From the IMG/VR virus record IMGVR_UViG_3300014962_000005: DNA of 64,000 nt. One strand, written 5' to 3'. Source of the DNA: an uncultured virus (IMG/VR IMGVR_UViG_3300014962_000005) (taxonomy: Duplodnaviria > Heunggongvirae > Uroviricota > Caudoviricetes). The notes under the pieces are model-generated. The model did not search any database, had not been told where the DNA came from, and saw only the letters and a program-made list of their open reading frames with translations. The position numbers and the translations under genes are program-made. How positions within the stretch are numbered: position 1 is the first letter of the stretch; every line of letters begins with the position of its first letter. Of the stretch, positions 8,579-18,850 are shown in pieces.

Positions 8579-8941
8579 ATGAACCCGAGACATCAGAACC
8601 TGCTAAACCACCTAGCCAAAGTCGCCAACGCGGACGGCGTGTTCGACAAAAGTGTGGATCTTTTGAAAGCCTTTCTGATCCCTGGAAAAAGGTTTGATGA
8701 CGCACCGAGAGGAGGCGTCTGGAAGTTCGTTGAACGATGCCAGCAGACACCAGAGGGAGAAAAGTCCATCTGGGCCTCTGGAGCACTCGACGCCCACTTC
8801 AAGTGGTGGCCACAGTATAAGAGCACGGACGACAATCCCGACGCACTTCTTGGTCATCTATTCTCGTACCCCTTCTCCGACGAAGACCAAGAGCACTTCG
8901 AGCGCGAGATCCTGCAAACCATCAATACCACAACACCATGA
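8579..8941 (+). CDS. hypothetical protein
   Basis: ORF track; coupled to its neighbours. Confidence 0.6.
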   Translation: MNPRHQNLLNHLAKVANADGVFDKSVDLLKAFLIPGKRFDDAPRGGVWKFVERCQQTPEGEKSIWASGALDAHFKWWPQYKSTDDNPDALLGHLFSYPFSDEDQEHFEREILQTINTTTP

Positions 8942-9177
8942 TCCTCCTCATCCTCACCATCCTCGCCCTGCCGAGCGTCATCAGCCTGTCCTACGAGCTG
9001 ACGACCACCGGCCGTGTCACCACCCTCTTCCCCACCCAGCATCGCCTCTACCGAGCCTACGAGCTGGTCACGTCCCCCATGGCCGACGACGCCCTCCGCG
9101 CCCGCTACGTCATCAACCTCTGCCTCTCCGCCTTGGCCCTGCTGGCGCTGGCCGTCGTCATCAACACCTTCATCTGA
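8938..9177 (+). CDS. small two-TM membrane protein
   Basis: two hydrophobic segments. Confidence 0.6.
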   Translation: MILLILTILALPSVISLSYELTTTGRVTTLFPTQHRLYRAYELVTSPMADDALRARYVINLCLSALALLALAVVINTFI

Positions 9178-9620
9178 CTACCCACCATGCTCTCAACCCT
9201 CCTCCAGTGCCTCAAGATCGCGCTCATCATGCTCGTCTCCTCCGCCGTGTTCGGGTTCGTCCTGTTCATGGCGAAGTCAATCCTCGACACCTTCAACGCG
9301 CTGCCGTGAACGCCAAACCCCCGACTTCCATGGAAGCCCTATCTTTAGAATCCGAAAACCCAAGGCAAAACCAAGTGACAGTTGAGCAGTGCGAGTGGTT
9401 TGCAAAGGCTTTCTCGTTGAGCAAGAGATTGACCATTGCGCAAGCCGCAGAGATGGCCCTGCATCAGAAAGACCTTTTCAGTATCACAAAGGTCCACCAG
9501 CTTTTGTTCTTTGCCGAGGTTGCTGAAGAAGTCAAAAACATCGTCAACGACCCGGCTTACGAGGCGCGAATGATCGGAGATTGGAGAGAGCAAGTTCTCA
9601 AAGCTGTCAACTAAACCGCC

Positions 9621-9857
9621 ATGACCTACCTCATCCCCATCCGCGTCCACGCCTCGCGCATCCTGCGCGTTGAGAGGCAGACCATGAACCAAGGCGTCAT
9701 CACGACCGACGACCCCGAAGACCCCGAGTTCCGCTACTCCCGCACCTGGAGCCTTGACAACGATCCCGCCGAGGGCGACTGGCTGGTGTGGGGCGAGCAA
9801 CTCCGCAACGCCCCCATCGTCATCAAGAAGGCCGATTGGAGAGGCGACCCCACCTGA
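9621..9857 (+). CDS. hypothetical protein
   Basis: ORF with genome-typical codon use. Confidence 0.6.
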   Translation: MTYLIPIRVHASRILRVERQTMNQGVITTDDPEDPEFRYSRTWSLDNDPAEGDWLVWGEQLRNAPIVIKKADWRGDPT

Positions 9858-9875
9858 ACCCCCCAAGCACCCACC

Positions 9876-10427
9876 ATGCCCGACACCGAACCTCTCCCCA
9901 CCCACATCTCCGAGTGCAGCCTTGCCCGCCCCAAGCTCGCACCGTTCCTCGACAAGGCCAATCATCCCCTCGTCCTTGAGATGGGAGCTGGTGGCGACCT
10001 GACCGTGCCGCACGCCTTGGCCTTCGACATGCCGCAGCCCTACACCCAAGTTGGACCGGGTTACCGTCAAGTGTTCCGAGGCCATTGTGGCAACCTGTCG
10101 GGCTTCTGCGACGGGTGCGTGGACGGGTTCGCCACCCATCACCTGCTGGAAGATTTCACCTACGGCGAACTGGTTCGCATCATCGGCGAGTGGAGGCGAG
10201 TCCTGCGACCCGGTGGCGTCATCGCCATCAATTGCCCCGACCAGCAGCGGTTCCTCGACCACTGCGCCCGCACCGGGCAAGGCATCAACCTCGCCCACAA
10301 GGAGCCGGACTTCTCCCTCCACAATTTCACCACACGAGTCATTGACCAGACCGGGCCATGGGAGACATTGCTCTCGGAAGACGGTCACGGCCCTTACTCG
10401 TGGCTCCTCGTCGTCAAGAAAGTCTGA
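9876..10427 (+). CDS. class I SAM-dependent methyltransferase
   Basis: VLEMGAGGD, HHLLEDF, EWRRVLRPGGVIAINCPD. Confidence 0.8.
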   Translation: MPDTEPLPTHISECSLARPKLAPFLDKANHPLVLEMGAGGDLTVPHALAFDMPQPYTQVGPGYRQVFRGHCGNLSGFCDGCVDGFATHHLLEDFTYGELVRIIGEWRRVLRPGGVIAINCPDQQRFLDHCARTGQGINLAHKEPDFSLHNFTTRVIDQTGPWETLLSEDGHGPYSWLLVVKKV

Positions 10428-10603
10428 ATACCGCCCTTACCTCCTATGGAATCTTACCCCAAAGAACTTCTCCATGTGCTGCGCAACTTTACATGCGGTG
10501 AAATAAGCTGTGATCGCTGCAATAACCAGAGAGAACAAGCCGCAGACTTAATTGAGGCGCTTCTTTTGAAGATCGAGGTTTTGACTTCTGAGACCCGACG
10601 CGA

Positions 10604-11236
10604 ATGAATATCCCACCCGAGTACACCCAACTCCCATCCGGCACCCTGAAGCGCATCGACGGGGCCATCACCGACTACACCAAGCCCTACTGGGGCGTGG
10701 AGGGCAAGAGCACCATAGAGGAGCAAGTCTACAACGTGGGCCGGTTCGTCGGTGTCAACGGTAAGACCAAGGCCGGCACGACTCTCGACTACTGCGTTGG
10801 CACCTCGCTTCTTGAGATTGGCTGCGCCCCTGGTGAGGTGATGCTCCAAGCACGGATGCGGGGATTCGACTGCGTCGGACTGGAGCCGTGCCCCGACCAC
10901 ATCGAGTTCATCCGCAAGCACTCGGGCTGCAAGACGCTCAACCAGAGCTTTGAGGAGTTCCCGGAGATGCTCAAGTTCGACAACGTCGTGGCACTGGATG
11001 TCATAGAGCACGTTGACGATCCCGAGGCGTTCATTGAGAAGTGCCGCCGTCACCTCAAGCCCGAGGGCCGCATCATCCTGATGACCCCCGTTATCGGCGA
11101 CGGCATCCCATGGCGCGACTGCGACTTCCACCCCGAGCACCTGCACCTCCTTCACATCGACCATATCAACGAGTGGCTCAAACCCATCCACACCGAGCTA
11201 TGGTACCCGGGCCACATGACCATCGTTTGCGAATGA
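10604..11236 (+). CDS. class I SAM-dependent methyltransferase
   Basis: LLEIGCAPG, FDNVVALDVIEHVDDP, LKPEGRIILMTP. Confidence 0.85.
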   Translation: MNIPPEYTQLPSGTLKRIDGAITDYTKPYWGVEGKSTIEEQVYNVGRFVGVNGKTKAGTTLDYCVGTSLLEIGCAPGEVMLQARMRGFDCVGLEPCPDHIEFIRKHSGCKTLNQSFEEFPEMLKFDNVVALDVIEHVDDPEAFIEKCRRHLKPEGRIILMTPVIGDGIPWRDCDFHPEHLHLLHIDHINEWLKPIHTELWYPGHMTIVCE

Positions 11237-12288
11237 ACTGGACCTCCGCTGGCGATCTTGGCGACATCGTGGTGGCCCTAGCTACCGCAAAGCACGCTGC
11301 ACCCAAGAGCACCCTGCTCCTCCGCGACGACGGGCGCACAAAAGGTATCATAAAGCGCAAGCATTTGATCACCCCACTGGTCGAGAGCCAACCCTACATC
11401 ACGGCCTGCCGCCCCTACGCCGACGGCGACCGCATCGACTGGCCCTCCGAGCAGTTCCGTCGGGGGTACCACCGCAACACCGACACCCTGCTCAACGCCC
11501 ACGCCAGGCACGCCCTCGCCCATGGTCTCATCCAGACCCTCCCCGACAGTAGCCATCCATGGCTCGTAGCCAGCCCATCGCCGAAAGCCAAGGGTCGTGT
11601 TGTCATCAACCGCACGGACCGCTACCGCACCCAGTCGTTCCCGTGGGCCGACACGGTCAAGCACTACGGAGACAAGATCCTCTTCATCGGCCTGCCGCAC
11701 GAGCACCGGCAATTCTGCAACTGCCACGGAGAGGTCGAGTACCTCCCGACCAAAGACCTGCTGGAGGTGGCTGAGGTCATCGCCGGCTGCGACCTATACA
11801 TCGGCAACCAGTCCAGCGCGATGACCATTGCCGAGGGGTTGAAGCATCCACGGGTGCAGGAGGTGTGCTTCTGGGTGCCAGACTGCGTGTACCCGCCTGA
11901 CGAGAACGCTCAGTACGTGGCCACTGGCAGCTATACTGACCCGTTCACCGGCGAGAGCGTGGGCAAGTCCTGCTGCAACGTCAAGTTCATGGATCTGGAC
12001 CTGCGAGAACTGCCACGCGGTGGCTGGGCCACCCGCTACAGCGGCCACACCTACGACGCCAGCACCCCCGAGCGCGTGGCCAAGCAACTCGTCAAATCGG
12101 GCGGAATCGGCCATGAATCGGCCATGGAGACCGTGTTCACCCAAGCTCTCGCCCGCGACATTTCCTACTTCAAGCGCCATGTTCGCCTTGACAATCTGAC
12201 ACTCGTAGTTCAAGCGTTGCGCAACGCTGGCTACACCCAACACCCCGTCTTCGACGCCGTTCGCGGCGACATCAAATTCCACGTATGA
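11233..12288 (+). CDS. GT-B fold glycosyltransferase (GT9/heptosyltransferase-like)
   Basis: GDLGDIVVAL N-terminus, DLLEVAEVIAGCDLYIGNQSSAMTIAEGL; start at the ATG at 11233. Confidence 0.75.
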   Translation: MNWTSAGDLGDIVVALATAKHAAPKSTLLLRDDGRTKGIIKRKHLITPLVESQPYITACRPYADGDRIDWPSEQFRRGYHRNTDTLLNAHARHALAHGLIQTLPDSSHPWLVASPSPKAKGRVVINRTDRYRTQSFPWADTVKHYGDKILFIGLPHEHRQFCNCHGEVEYLPTKDLLEVAEVIAGCDLYIGNQSSAMTIAEGLKHPRVQEVCFWVPDCVYPPDENAQYVATGSYTDPFTGESVGKSCCNVKFMDLDLRELPRGGWATRYSGHTYDASTPERVAKQLVKSGGIGHESAMETVFTQALARDISYFKRHVRLDNLTLVVQALRNAGYTQHPVFDAVRGDIKFHV

Positions 12289-13358
12289 ACCTAGTCATCC
12301 CGACCTCCCGCTTCGACACGAAGCTCCTCCCCGACCTCGCCAAAGTCATCAAGAAGTTCGGCCCCTACAAGGGGCACAACCTCGTCGTCGTCCCCACGGA
12401 GACGGCGGTGCAAGAGGCCAACGACTTCTGCGCAACCCTCGGCAGCCTGTTCGACAACGCCACGGTGGAGCCAGTGACTCTCAACATCGAGGGCTGGCCG
12501 GTTGCCCCCAACCGCATGTGGCGCGAGATCGCCCTGCTAATGCAGCGCAAGTACGGCCAAGACCACTGGTTCCTCATGGAGCCTGACGTGACCCCTGTGG
12601 CCGACCTGTGGCTGCAAGCCATCGACACGGAGTACAAGAAGTCCGGCAAGCCCTACCTCGGCTGCATCGTCCCGACCCGCCATGTTCGTCGCCTACCAGA
12701 TGGCCGCACCGAGCGCACCACGATTGGCGAGCACATGGTCGGTGGCGTCGCCATCTACCCGCCCTACGCGGCCTCCAAGAGCGTGCTCATCACCACGCTT
12801 GACCGCCAGATGATCTGGGCGCGGGAACCGCTGGAGCCTTACGACGTGCGGATGCGGTTCGAGATCGTGCCCCACGCCAAGCACAGCGACGCCATTTGCC
12901 ACCGCTGGGGCACCGTCAACTACGCCCAGGATGGCGACACCGTGACGTGCTCCCCCTCCCCCAACAACCCCGAAGGCACCGACCACTCCGGCCCCATCCC
13001 GGCCGGCACGCTCGTCGTCCATGGTTGCAAGGACGGCAGCCTCGCCAAGCTGGTGCTCGGTGGCTGGACCTGTCCGGCTGCTAAGGCCGTCAAGGAGAAG
13101 CCTGTCCAGCAGACTACCACCACGTCCGACAGCGCCGAGACGACCACCCTCACCGTCGAGCCTGAGCCACAGCCCAAGCCCGAGCCGGTGAACTTCGAGG
13201 GCTACCAGATTCGCAAGGCTGCATTGGCCGAGCCGGGCTGCACCGCCAAGAGCCTCGCTGAGAAGCTCGGCATGGACGAGGAGAAGGTGAAGGAGTTCAT
13301 CCGCTCCCCCAGCTCCGGCTTCAAACTCGGGCCGCGTGGCAAGGTCGTGGTGATCTGA
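12285..13358 (+). CDS. putative GT-A fold glycosyltransferase with C-terminal HTH-like extension
   Basis: WFLMEPDVTP (xPD in the DxD position), GVAIYP, VVHGCKDG; cluster context. Confidence 0.5.
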   Translation: MNLVIPTSRFDTKLLPDLAKVIKKFGPYKGHNLVVVPTETAVQEANDFCATLGSLFDNATVEPVTLNIEGWPVAPNRMWREIALLMQRKYGQDHWFLMEPDVTPVADLWLQAIDTEYKKSGKPYLGCIVPTRHVRRLPDGRTERTTIGEHMVGGVAIYPPYAASKSVLITTLDRQMIWAREPLEPYDVRMRFEIVPHAKHSDAICHRWGTVNYAQDGDTVTCSPSPNNPEGTDHSGPIPAGTLVVHGCKDGSLAKLVLGGWTCPAAKAVKEKPVQQTTTTSDSAETTTLTVEPEPQPKPEPVNFEGYQIRKAALAEPGCTAKSLAEKLGMDEEKVKEFIRSPSSGFKLGPRGKVVVI

Positions 13359-13366
13359 AAAACCCG

Positions 13367-13395
13367 TTGCTTAACCCTTGTCAACGGCTTAGTTT
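13367..13395 (+). promoter_or_regulatory. putative promoter of the portal gene
   Basis: TTGCTT-N17-TAGTTT ending 6 nt before the ATG. Confidence 0.45.
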
Positions 13396-13401
13396 CGTAA
13401 A

Positions 13402-15705
13402 ATGCACACCCCCCTCACGGACCTCACTCTGCCGGTCGTCAACCAAGACGGCGAACCACTCGACCCGCGAGTGAAGGACGCAGCCTCGCTGCGGTCGCTC
13501 TACGTCAAGACCCGCGACGCTGATTTGGAGTCGGACCGGCAGCGAGCGAAGGTACAGGCGCTTGTGGATGGTCAGCCCCCCTACAATCAGGCGAAGCTGA
13601 ACTCCAACGGGCAGGGGTACATGAGCAACTTCAACCCCAACGACGCCAAGGCAGCCTTGGACGCCGCTCTTGGGGCCTACGTTGACCTACTCGCCGCCGA
13701 TGTGCGGGTGTTCGACATCTACACCAAGTACGGCACTGAGTCTGAGCGTCAGGAGTGGTCCACCATCATGTCTGAGGAGATGGGCTACGTGCTTCGGTCG
13801 TGGCCCCTTTTCATGTTCCGGTTCAGCTTCATCCCGCTGTACTTCACCCTCCACGGCGTCGCCACCGCCTACTTCGAAGACTGCCACAACTGGCAGTGGA
13901 ACACGACCCACCTCGGATACTTCAAGATCCCCCGCCAGACCCTCGCTGCCGAGGAGGAGGTTGAGTATGCGTTCCTGCGTGACTACATGCAGCCGCACCA
14001 GCTTCTGCGTTACATCAAGAACGAGGAGTACGCCAAGGAGGCAGGCTGGAACATCGAAGCCGTCAAACGCTCGCTACTCACCGCCGTCTCCCCGCAGATG
14101 GATACTCGCTTCTGGACGGAGTTCGAGGCCGAGTACAAGAACAATGACTTGGTCAAGGGCGAGACCGCCCCATCCATCCCCGTCGTCTATTCATGGGTGC
14201 GCGAGTGCGACGGCACCTACTCGCTCTACCTGATGACCGAGTCGGAGCTTGGCAACAACGGCACGACCGTCGGCGACCAGTTCCTTTTCCAGAAGCGCCA
14301 CGCCTTCAAGAGCGCCACCGAGGCGTTCGTGATGTTCACACGCGGCATCGGCACCAACGGCACCTACCACAGCATCCGTGGCCTCGGGGCTGACATGTTC
14401 AACGCTTATCAGGCGCTCATGCGTCTGGAGAACCGCAAGGTGGACATCGCAAGCTCGGCCGGGCCGTTCTTCCAAGCGGAGAGCGAGGAGGCGATGCAGC
14501 AGCTCCAGATCACGCCCTACGGCCCTTCGATGCTGGTCAGCCCCGGCATCACCGCCCTGAACGTCAATCAGCCTCAGGTGACGAACACCATCCAGCCAGC
14601 CATCAACTCTCTGCGAGAGACCGTGGCCCGCAATGCAGGAGGTTACGCGCCTACCAACGTCCTGTCTCAGACCAAGGAGATGACCCGGTTTGAGGCCATG
14701 GCACAGATGGAGCAGCAGGGCCAACTTTCCGTCACCAGCATCAACCTCTACAATCAGCCGGCCGACCGCCTCGCCCGCGAGGTCGTCCGTCGATTCACCG
14801 CGAAAGGCTACCAACGCGGCGACCCCGGTGGTCACTACGTCTGGGAGTGGCGTGAGCGTTGCATGGAGCGCGGCGTGCCTGCCAAGGCGCTCGACTCCAT
14901 TGACCATCGCAAGACCAAATCCAGCCGCGTGATTGGCTTCGGGTCCGCTGCCGCCCGCCGCGTGGCGCTCCAGCAACTCATGGAGCTATTCCCCCTCTAC
15001 GACGACTACGGCAAGAAGCAGCTTGTGCGCGACCTCACCGCCTCCGTCGTTGGCTACGAGAAGGCGGATGTCTACGCCCCCCGCGTCTCCAGCGAAGCCC
15101 GCGTGCCGATGGATTACCAGATTGCCGAACTTCAGAACGACGTGCTCATCCAAGGCGGCACCGTCACGGTCAGCCCGAGCGAGAACAAGCGAGTGCACCT
15201 TGAGGTCCACGTCGGCAAGATCGGCGAACTCATCGGCATGTTTGAGGAAGCCGGCCAGAACCCCGAGCTGTTCGCCCAGATCGTGCCGCAGATGGAGCCG
15301 ATCTACCGCCACGCCGCCGAGACTCTTGAGGGCTACACCGGACAGGATGCCCCGCAGTATCGTCAGGCGCTCCAGCAGGCCGGCGAGATCCTCGTCAACG
15401 GCATCCGCCACCTCCAGAAGCTCCAACGCCAGCAGGAGGAGGCCGCGATACGTGAGGCTGAGCAAGGAGGTCAGCCGATGGCCCAAGACCAAGCTCTTGT
15501 ACAGCAACAGCAGATGACCAACGAACTTGAGCGCCGCGTCATCGAGTTCCAGATGAAACTGGAGCAAGACGCCGCCCTGTTCCAGCAACGCATGGAGCAG
15601 AAGGTGCAGGACGCCGCGCTCTCCCGACAACTCAAAGCGGCTGACACCGCCGCCGACATCGCCCGCAAGACCGCCGCACAGCGGGCGTCACTAGGACTTG
15701 CATGA
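13402..15705 (+). CDS. portal protein
   Basis: 767 aa, helical with Gln-rich coiled-coil C-terminus; first gene of the head module. Confidence 0.75.
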   Translation: MHTPLTDLTLPVVNQDGEPLDPRVKDAASLRSLYVKTRDADLESDRQRAKVQALVDGQPPYNQAKLNSNGQGYMSNFNPNDAKAALDAALGAYVDLLAADVRVFDIYTKYGTESERQEWSTIMSEEMGYVLRSWPLFMFRFSFIPLYFTLHGVATAYFEDCHNWQWNTTHLGYFKIPRQTLAAEEEVEYAFLRDYMQPHQLLRYIKNEEYAKEAGWNIEAVKRSLLTAVSPQMDTRFWTEFEAEYKNNDLVKGETAPSIPVVYSWVRECDGTYSLYLMTESELGNNGTTVGDQFLFQKRHAFKSATEAFVMFTRGIGTNGTYHSIRGLGADMFNAYQALMRLENRKVDIASSAGPFFQAESEEAMQQLQITPYGPSMLVSPGITALNVNQPQVTNTIQPAINSLRETVARNAGGYAPTNVLSQTKEMTRFEAMAQMEQQGQLSVTSINLYNQPADRLAREVVRRFTAKGYQRGDPGGHYVWEWRERCMERGVPAKALDSIDHRKTKSSRVIGFGSAAARRVALQQLMELFPLYDDYGKKQLVRDLTASVVGYEKADVYAPRVSSEARVPMDYQIAELQNDVLIQGGTVTVSPSENKRVHLEVHVGKIGELIGMFEEAGQNPELFAQIVPQMEPIYRHAAETLEGYTGQDAPQYRQALQQAGEILVNGIRHLQKLQRQQEEAAIREAEQGGQPMAQDQALVQQQQMTNELERRVIEFQMKLEQDAALFQQRMEQKVQDAALSRQLKAADTAADIARKTAAQRASLGLA

Positions 15706-16040
15706 CCCGATACCGAAAACTACTCGACAGATGGAACAAAGAGGAGGGCCGCTACGCCGCCTTCCGCAAGATTCTGGAGGAACCGCTGATGCGGGACGCT
15801 CTGGAAATCCTTCAAGCGGCAGCAGTGCCGGACACCGCAGGGCTGGAGTCCGTCTTGGGGAAGCGCACAGGAGAGGACGCCAACAACGTCGTCGCCCATG
15901 CGTTCTCCGTTCAAGCCGGCATTCAGCGCGCCTTGAACACCCTGTTCCAACTGGCGGAGCCTGCCCCCAAGAAAGGTGAGGCACTGCCGGAGCCCTATGA
16001 ACACGTCAACGAAACCCTTTTCAACCAACGCCTACAATGA
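15702..16040 (+). CDS. head-associated hypothetical protein
   Basis: coupled between portal and scaffold. Confidence 0.65.
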   Translation: MTRYRKLLDRWNKEEGRYAAFRKILEEPLMRDALEILQAAAVPDTAGLESVLGKRTGEDANNVVAHAFSVQAGIQRALNTLFQLAEPAPKKGEALPEPYEHVNETLFNQRLQ

Positions 16041-17287
16041 GCACTGAAGCCACCCTCGAAGCGCCGGCATCCGCCGTCGAAACCTACGTCAACGACACCA
16101 GCGCCGCTGGCATCATGTCGCGGTTCAAAGCCGCCAACACCTCACAAGAGTCTGCCGCTGCCCCCGAGCCAGCCTCCGCCAGCCCCTCTCTCGCCGCTGA
16201 TCCCACCCCGACCAGCCCGACGCCGCCTGCGGACCCCGCCCCCGCCGCAGACCCGGCTCCGGTTGACGACAGCGGCGTGGAGACCCCTCTCTCCGAACTC
16301 GGCGGCGACACCAAGGCCGACGAGCCGAAGGCCGACCTACCGCTTGACGAAGAACCCCCTGGCCCGGTCAAGACGCCCGAGGCCAAGTACAAGTGGGGCG
16401 AACTTCGCAAGAAGGCCGACGAGTACGACACCCTCACCCAGAAGACACTCCCGCAGAAGGAGAAGGAACTGGCTGAACTGAAAGCCAAGGTGGCGGAGTT
16501 GTCCAGCATCCCCGACCAGTACAGGAAGCAGATCGAGGAGAAGGAAGCTGCCATCGCCGAGTACGAGAAGAAGGTCGCCGCCTACGACATCCAAAGCTCC
16601 AAGCAGTACCGTGAGCAGGTGCTTGAGCCGATGGGTCGCCTCGGCGATGAAATCGGCAACCTCGCCCGCCACTACGAAGCCGACATTGGCCAGATCGAAG
16701 CCGCCATGGCGATCATCGACCCGGTCGCTCAGGAGAAGCGCCTGATGGAGATTGCCGAAGGTTGGCACCCGCGTCACCAGAACAAGCTGTTCGACCTCGC
16801 CGAGAAGACCATTCAGCTCTACTCGACTGCCGAGCAGCTTGAGGCCAACGCCATCGAAGCTCGCAAGGAGCTGGAGTCTGCACGCGAACTTGAGACCCGG
16901 AAGCAGCAGGAGGAGTCCCTCAAGGCCATCCAGACCAGCGCCGAGGCCGTCAAGAAGCAGATGCTTGCCAAGGTGCCAGTGCTCAAGGACGAGGCCGTGC
17001 AGCAGAAGGTGTTTGCCGCCGAACTGGACCCGAAAGACCCTGTGCGCAAAGCCTACAACGCCTACGCTGGCGAGGCATTGCCTGCGGTGCTCAAGGAACT
17101 CGCTGCCCGCGATGCTCGCATCCGCGAACTGGAACAGGCGGCGCAGGCCCGCGCCTCGGTTCAGCCTCGCCCCGGCGCTGGCAATGCAGCCACTGCCGCC
17201 TCGGCAGCCGCCAATCCCGACCCCCAGATGCCTGAGGGCGAGACACTCTGGCAGCGGATGAAGAACTACCAGGCGATGAACTCCTGA
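16037..17287 (+). CDS. capsid scaffolding protein
   Basis: Pro/Ala/acidic N-terminus, long coiled coil, upstream of the capsid gene. Confidence 0.7.
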   Translation: MSTEATLEAPASAVETYVNDTSAAGIMSRFKAANTSQESAAAPEPASASPSLAADPTPTSPTPPADPAPAADPAPVDDSGVETPLSELGGDTKADEPKADLPLDEEPPGPVKTPEAKYKWGELRKKADEYDTLTQKTLPQKEKELAELKAKVAELSSIPDQYRKQIEEKEAAIAEYEKKVAAYDIQSSKQYREQVLEPMGRLGDEIGNLARHYEADIGQIEAAMAIIDPVAQEKRLMEIAEGWHPRHQNKLFDLAEKTIQLYSTAEQLEANAIEARKELESARELETRKQQEESLKAIQTSAEAVKKQMLAKVPVLKDEAVQQKVFAAELDPKDPVRKAYNAYAGEALPAVLKELAARDARIRELEQAAQARASVQPRPGAGNAATAASAAANPDPQMPEGETLWQRMKNYQAMNS

Positions 17288-17325
17288 TCCCGACACGGTG
17301 TCGCGATTTGCGTCGCGATACTGCC

Positions 17326-17363
17326 AGCCCGAGCAGCCTCACCGCTGCTCGGGCTTTTTATTT
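17326..17363 (+). terminator. intrinsic terminator
   Basis: AGCCCGAGCAGC-N6-GCTGCTCGGGCT followed by TTTTATTT. Confidence 0.85.
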
Positions 17364-17383
17364 CACGGATGCTGATTTTCTAC

Positions 17384-17412
17384 TTGACTTTGCGCAAACG
17401 ATTGTGCAAAGT
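17384..17412 (+). promoter_or_regulatory. capsid-gene promoter overlapped by an operator-like palindrome
   Basis: TTGACT-N17-CAAAGT; ACTTTGCGCAA-N4-TTGTGCAAAGT inverted repeat with one mismatch. Confidence 0.55.
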
Positions 17413-17594
17413 AAGCGCAGAGCCATAAAAGCCTGATTCCGGTCAGGGCGCGGCAGCTCAACGTGCGAGAAAACCGGGAACTACTAGGGCCAACACCAAT
17501 CCTAGCCCCGGATTGAAAAGACCTGCGACACCCCTTGTCGCCGGAATCAACTTTTCCCTCCACGTCAGCGAACCTCAACCCCACCCCTACCACC

Positions 17595-18773
17595 ATGGCT
17601 TGTACCGATATTGACAACCTTTTCCAGACTGAGGCGAACCGCATCTCGCGGGACACGTCCGACAAGAGCTGGATCACTACCCCGTGGGACACGAATGACA
17701 TCGTGCCCAAGACCGTCTGGGAAGACGGCATGGGTGAGACCCCCAACTTCATCATCTTCGACCGCTCGATGCCGTTGACGAATCTGGTCCAGTTCCAGAC
17801 CGTCACCTTCAACGACGGCGGCGAAGGCGATGGTGGCGGCTCCTGCACCCCTCCGACCGCTACGGTTTACCAGTCCACCCGCCGCCTGAGCATGTCGCTC
17901 AAGAAGGGTGCCATCCAGTCGCAGAAAATCTGCATCGAGGATGGTCGCATGAGCTGGAACATCGCCCAGCAGGCCGAGCACGTTCTGCGCAACCTCCAGA
18001 TGAACACCCGTCACGCTTGGCAGAACGCCCGCCGCGACGAGTTCACCTCGATGTGCACGAACAAGGCCATCGCCGACGCGAGCATGACCACCAACAGCGC
18101 CTCCTTTGGCACTGGCACCATCGGTCAGATCCGTCGCGAGATGCTCGACTACTGGTATGACCGCCTCGTCGGTGACGGCGCTCACCAGAACAACGGCCTC
18201 GCCCGTGACCAGTATGGCCAGCCCCTTCTGCCGCTCATCCTGAGCCGTGAAGCGCAGGCCACTCTGGTCAACAACGACACCACGCTCAACAACATCCGGT
18301 GGAGCCGCAACAGCTCCGACCTGCTGCTTGGCCCGCGCGGTTCGTTCGTGAACCTGGAAGGCTTCAAGCACATGATCGACATGCAGGCTGCCCGCTGGAA
18401 TCTGGTTGGCGGTAACTGGGTCCGTGTGCCCTACTACCTCCCGGCCACCTCCGCTGGTGACGCTGCCGACGTGAACCCGGCCTACTACACGGCCGAGTAC
18501 GAAGACATCGTCATCGGTAGCAACCAGGTCGTGAAGTTCGCCATCCCCGGTGCCAACCTGCGCGCCGGCCCGATGAGCTTCCCGGCTCAGGACTACCTCG
18601 GCAACTTCCGCTGGATCAACAAGTATGACCTGGAATGCAACGTCGATGAGAACATCGGCTTCTTCCGTGGCGTGCTTGGCTACGGTGCCCAGCCGGTCAT
18701 CCCGGAATACGGTGTCGTCCTGCGCTTCAAGCGCTGCGCCCAGAACTGGGAAGTTGACTCGACCTGCTCCTAA
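17595..18773 (+). CDS. major capsid protein
   Basis: 392 aa after the scaffold, strongly biased codons, own promoter and terminator; start at ACCACC-ATG 17595. Confidence 0.8.
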   Translation: MACTDIDNLFQTEANRISRDTSDKSWITTPWDTNDIVPKTVWEDGMGETPNFIIFDRSMPLTNLVQFQTVTFNDGGEGDGGGSCTPPTATVYQSTRRLSMSLKKGAIQSQKICIEDGRMSWNIAQQAEHVLRNLQMNTRHAWQNARRDEFTSMCTNKAIADASMTTNSASFGTGTIGQIRREMLDYWYDRLVGDGAHQNNGLARDQYGQPLLPLILSREAQATLVNNDTTLNNIRWSRNSSDLLLGPRGSFVNLEGFKHMIDMQAARWNLVGGNWVRVPYYLPATSAGDAADVNPAYYTAEYEDIVIGSNQVVKFAIPGANLRAGPMSFPAQDYLGNFRWINKYDLECNVDENIGFFRGVLGYGAQPVIPEYGVVLRFKRCAQNWEVDSTCS

Positions 18774-18791
18774 GCGAGAGTAACCCCCGTG

Positions 18792-18830
18792 GAGGGGGCG
18801 TGGCCCTCCGGCTGCGCCCCCTCTTTCACT
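18792..18830 (+). terminator. intrinsic terminator after the capsid gene
   Basis: GAGGGGGCG...CGCCCCCTC followed by TTTCACTTT. Confidence 0.65.
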
Positions 18831-18850
18831 TTCAACCCAAGACAACCACC

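Noticed and set aside
17565..18845. Long antisense ORFs opposite capsid, scaffold, fibre, terL and the giant gene (e.g. 17565-18845, 20975-22687, 40887-42110)
   Set aside because: Expected shadows of GC-rich codon bias; no motifs or start signals
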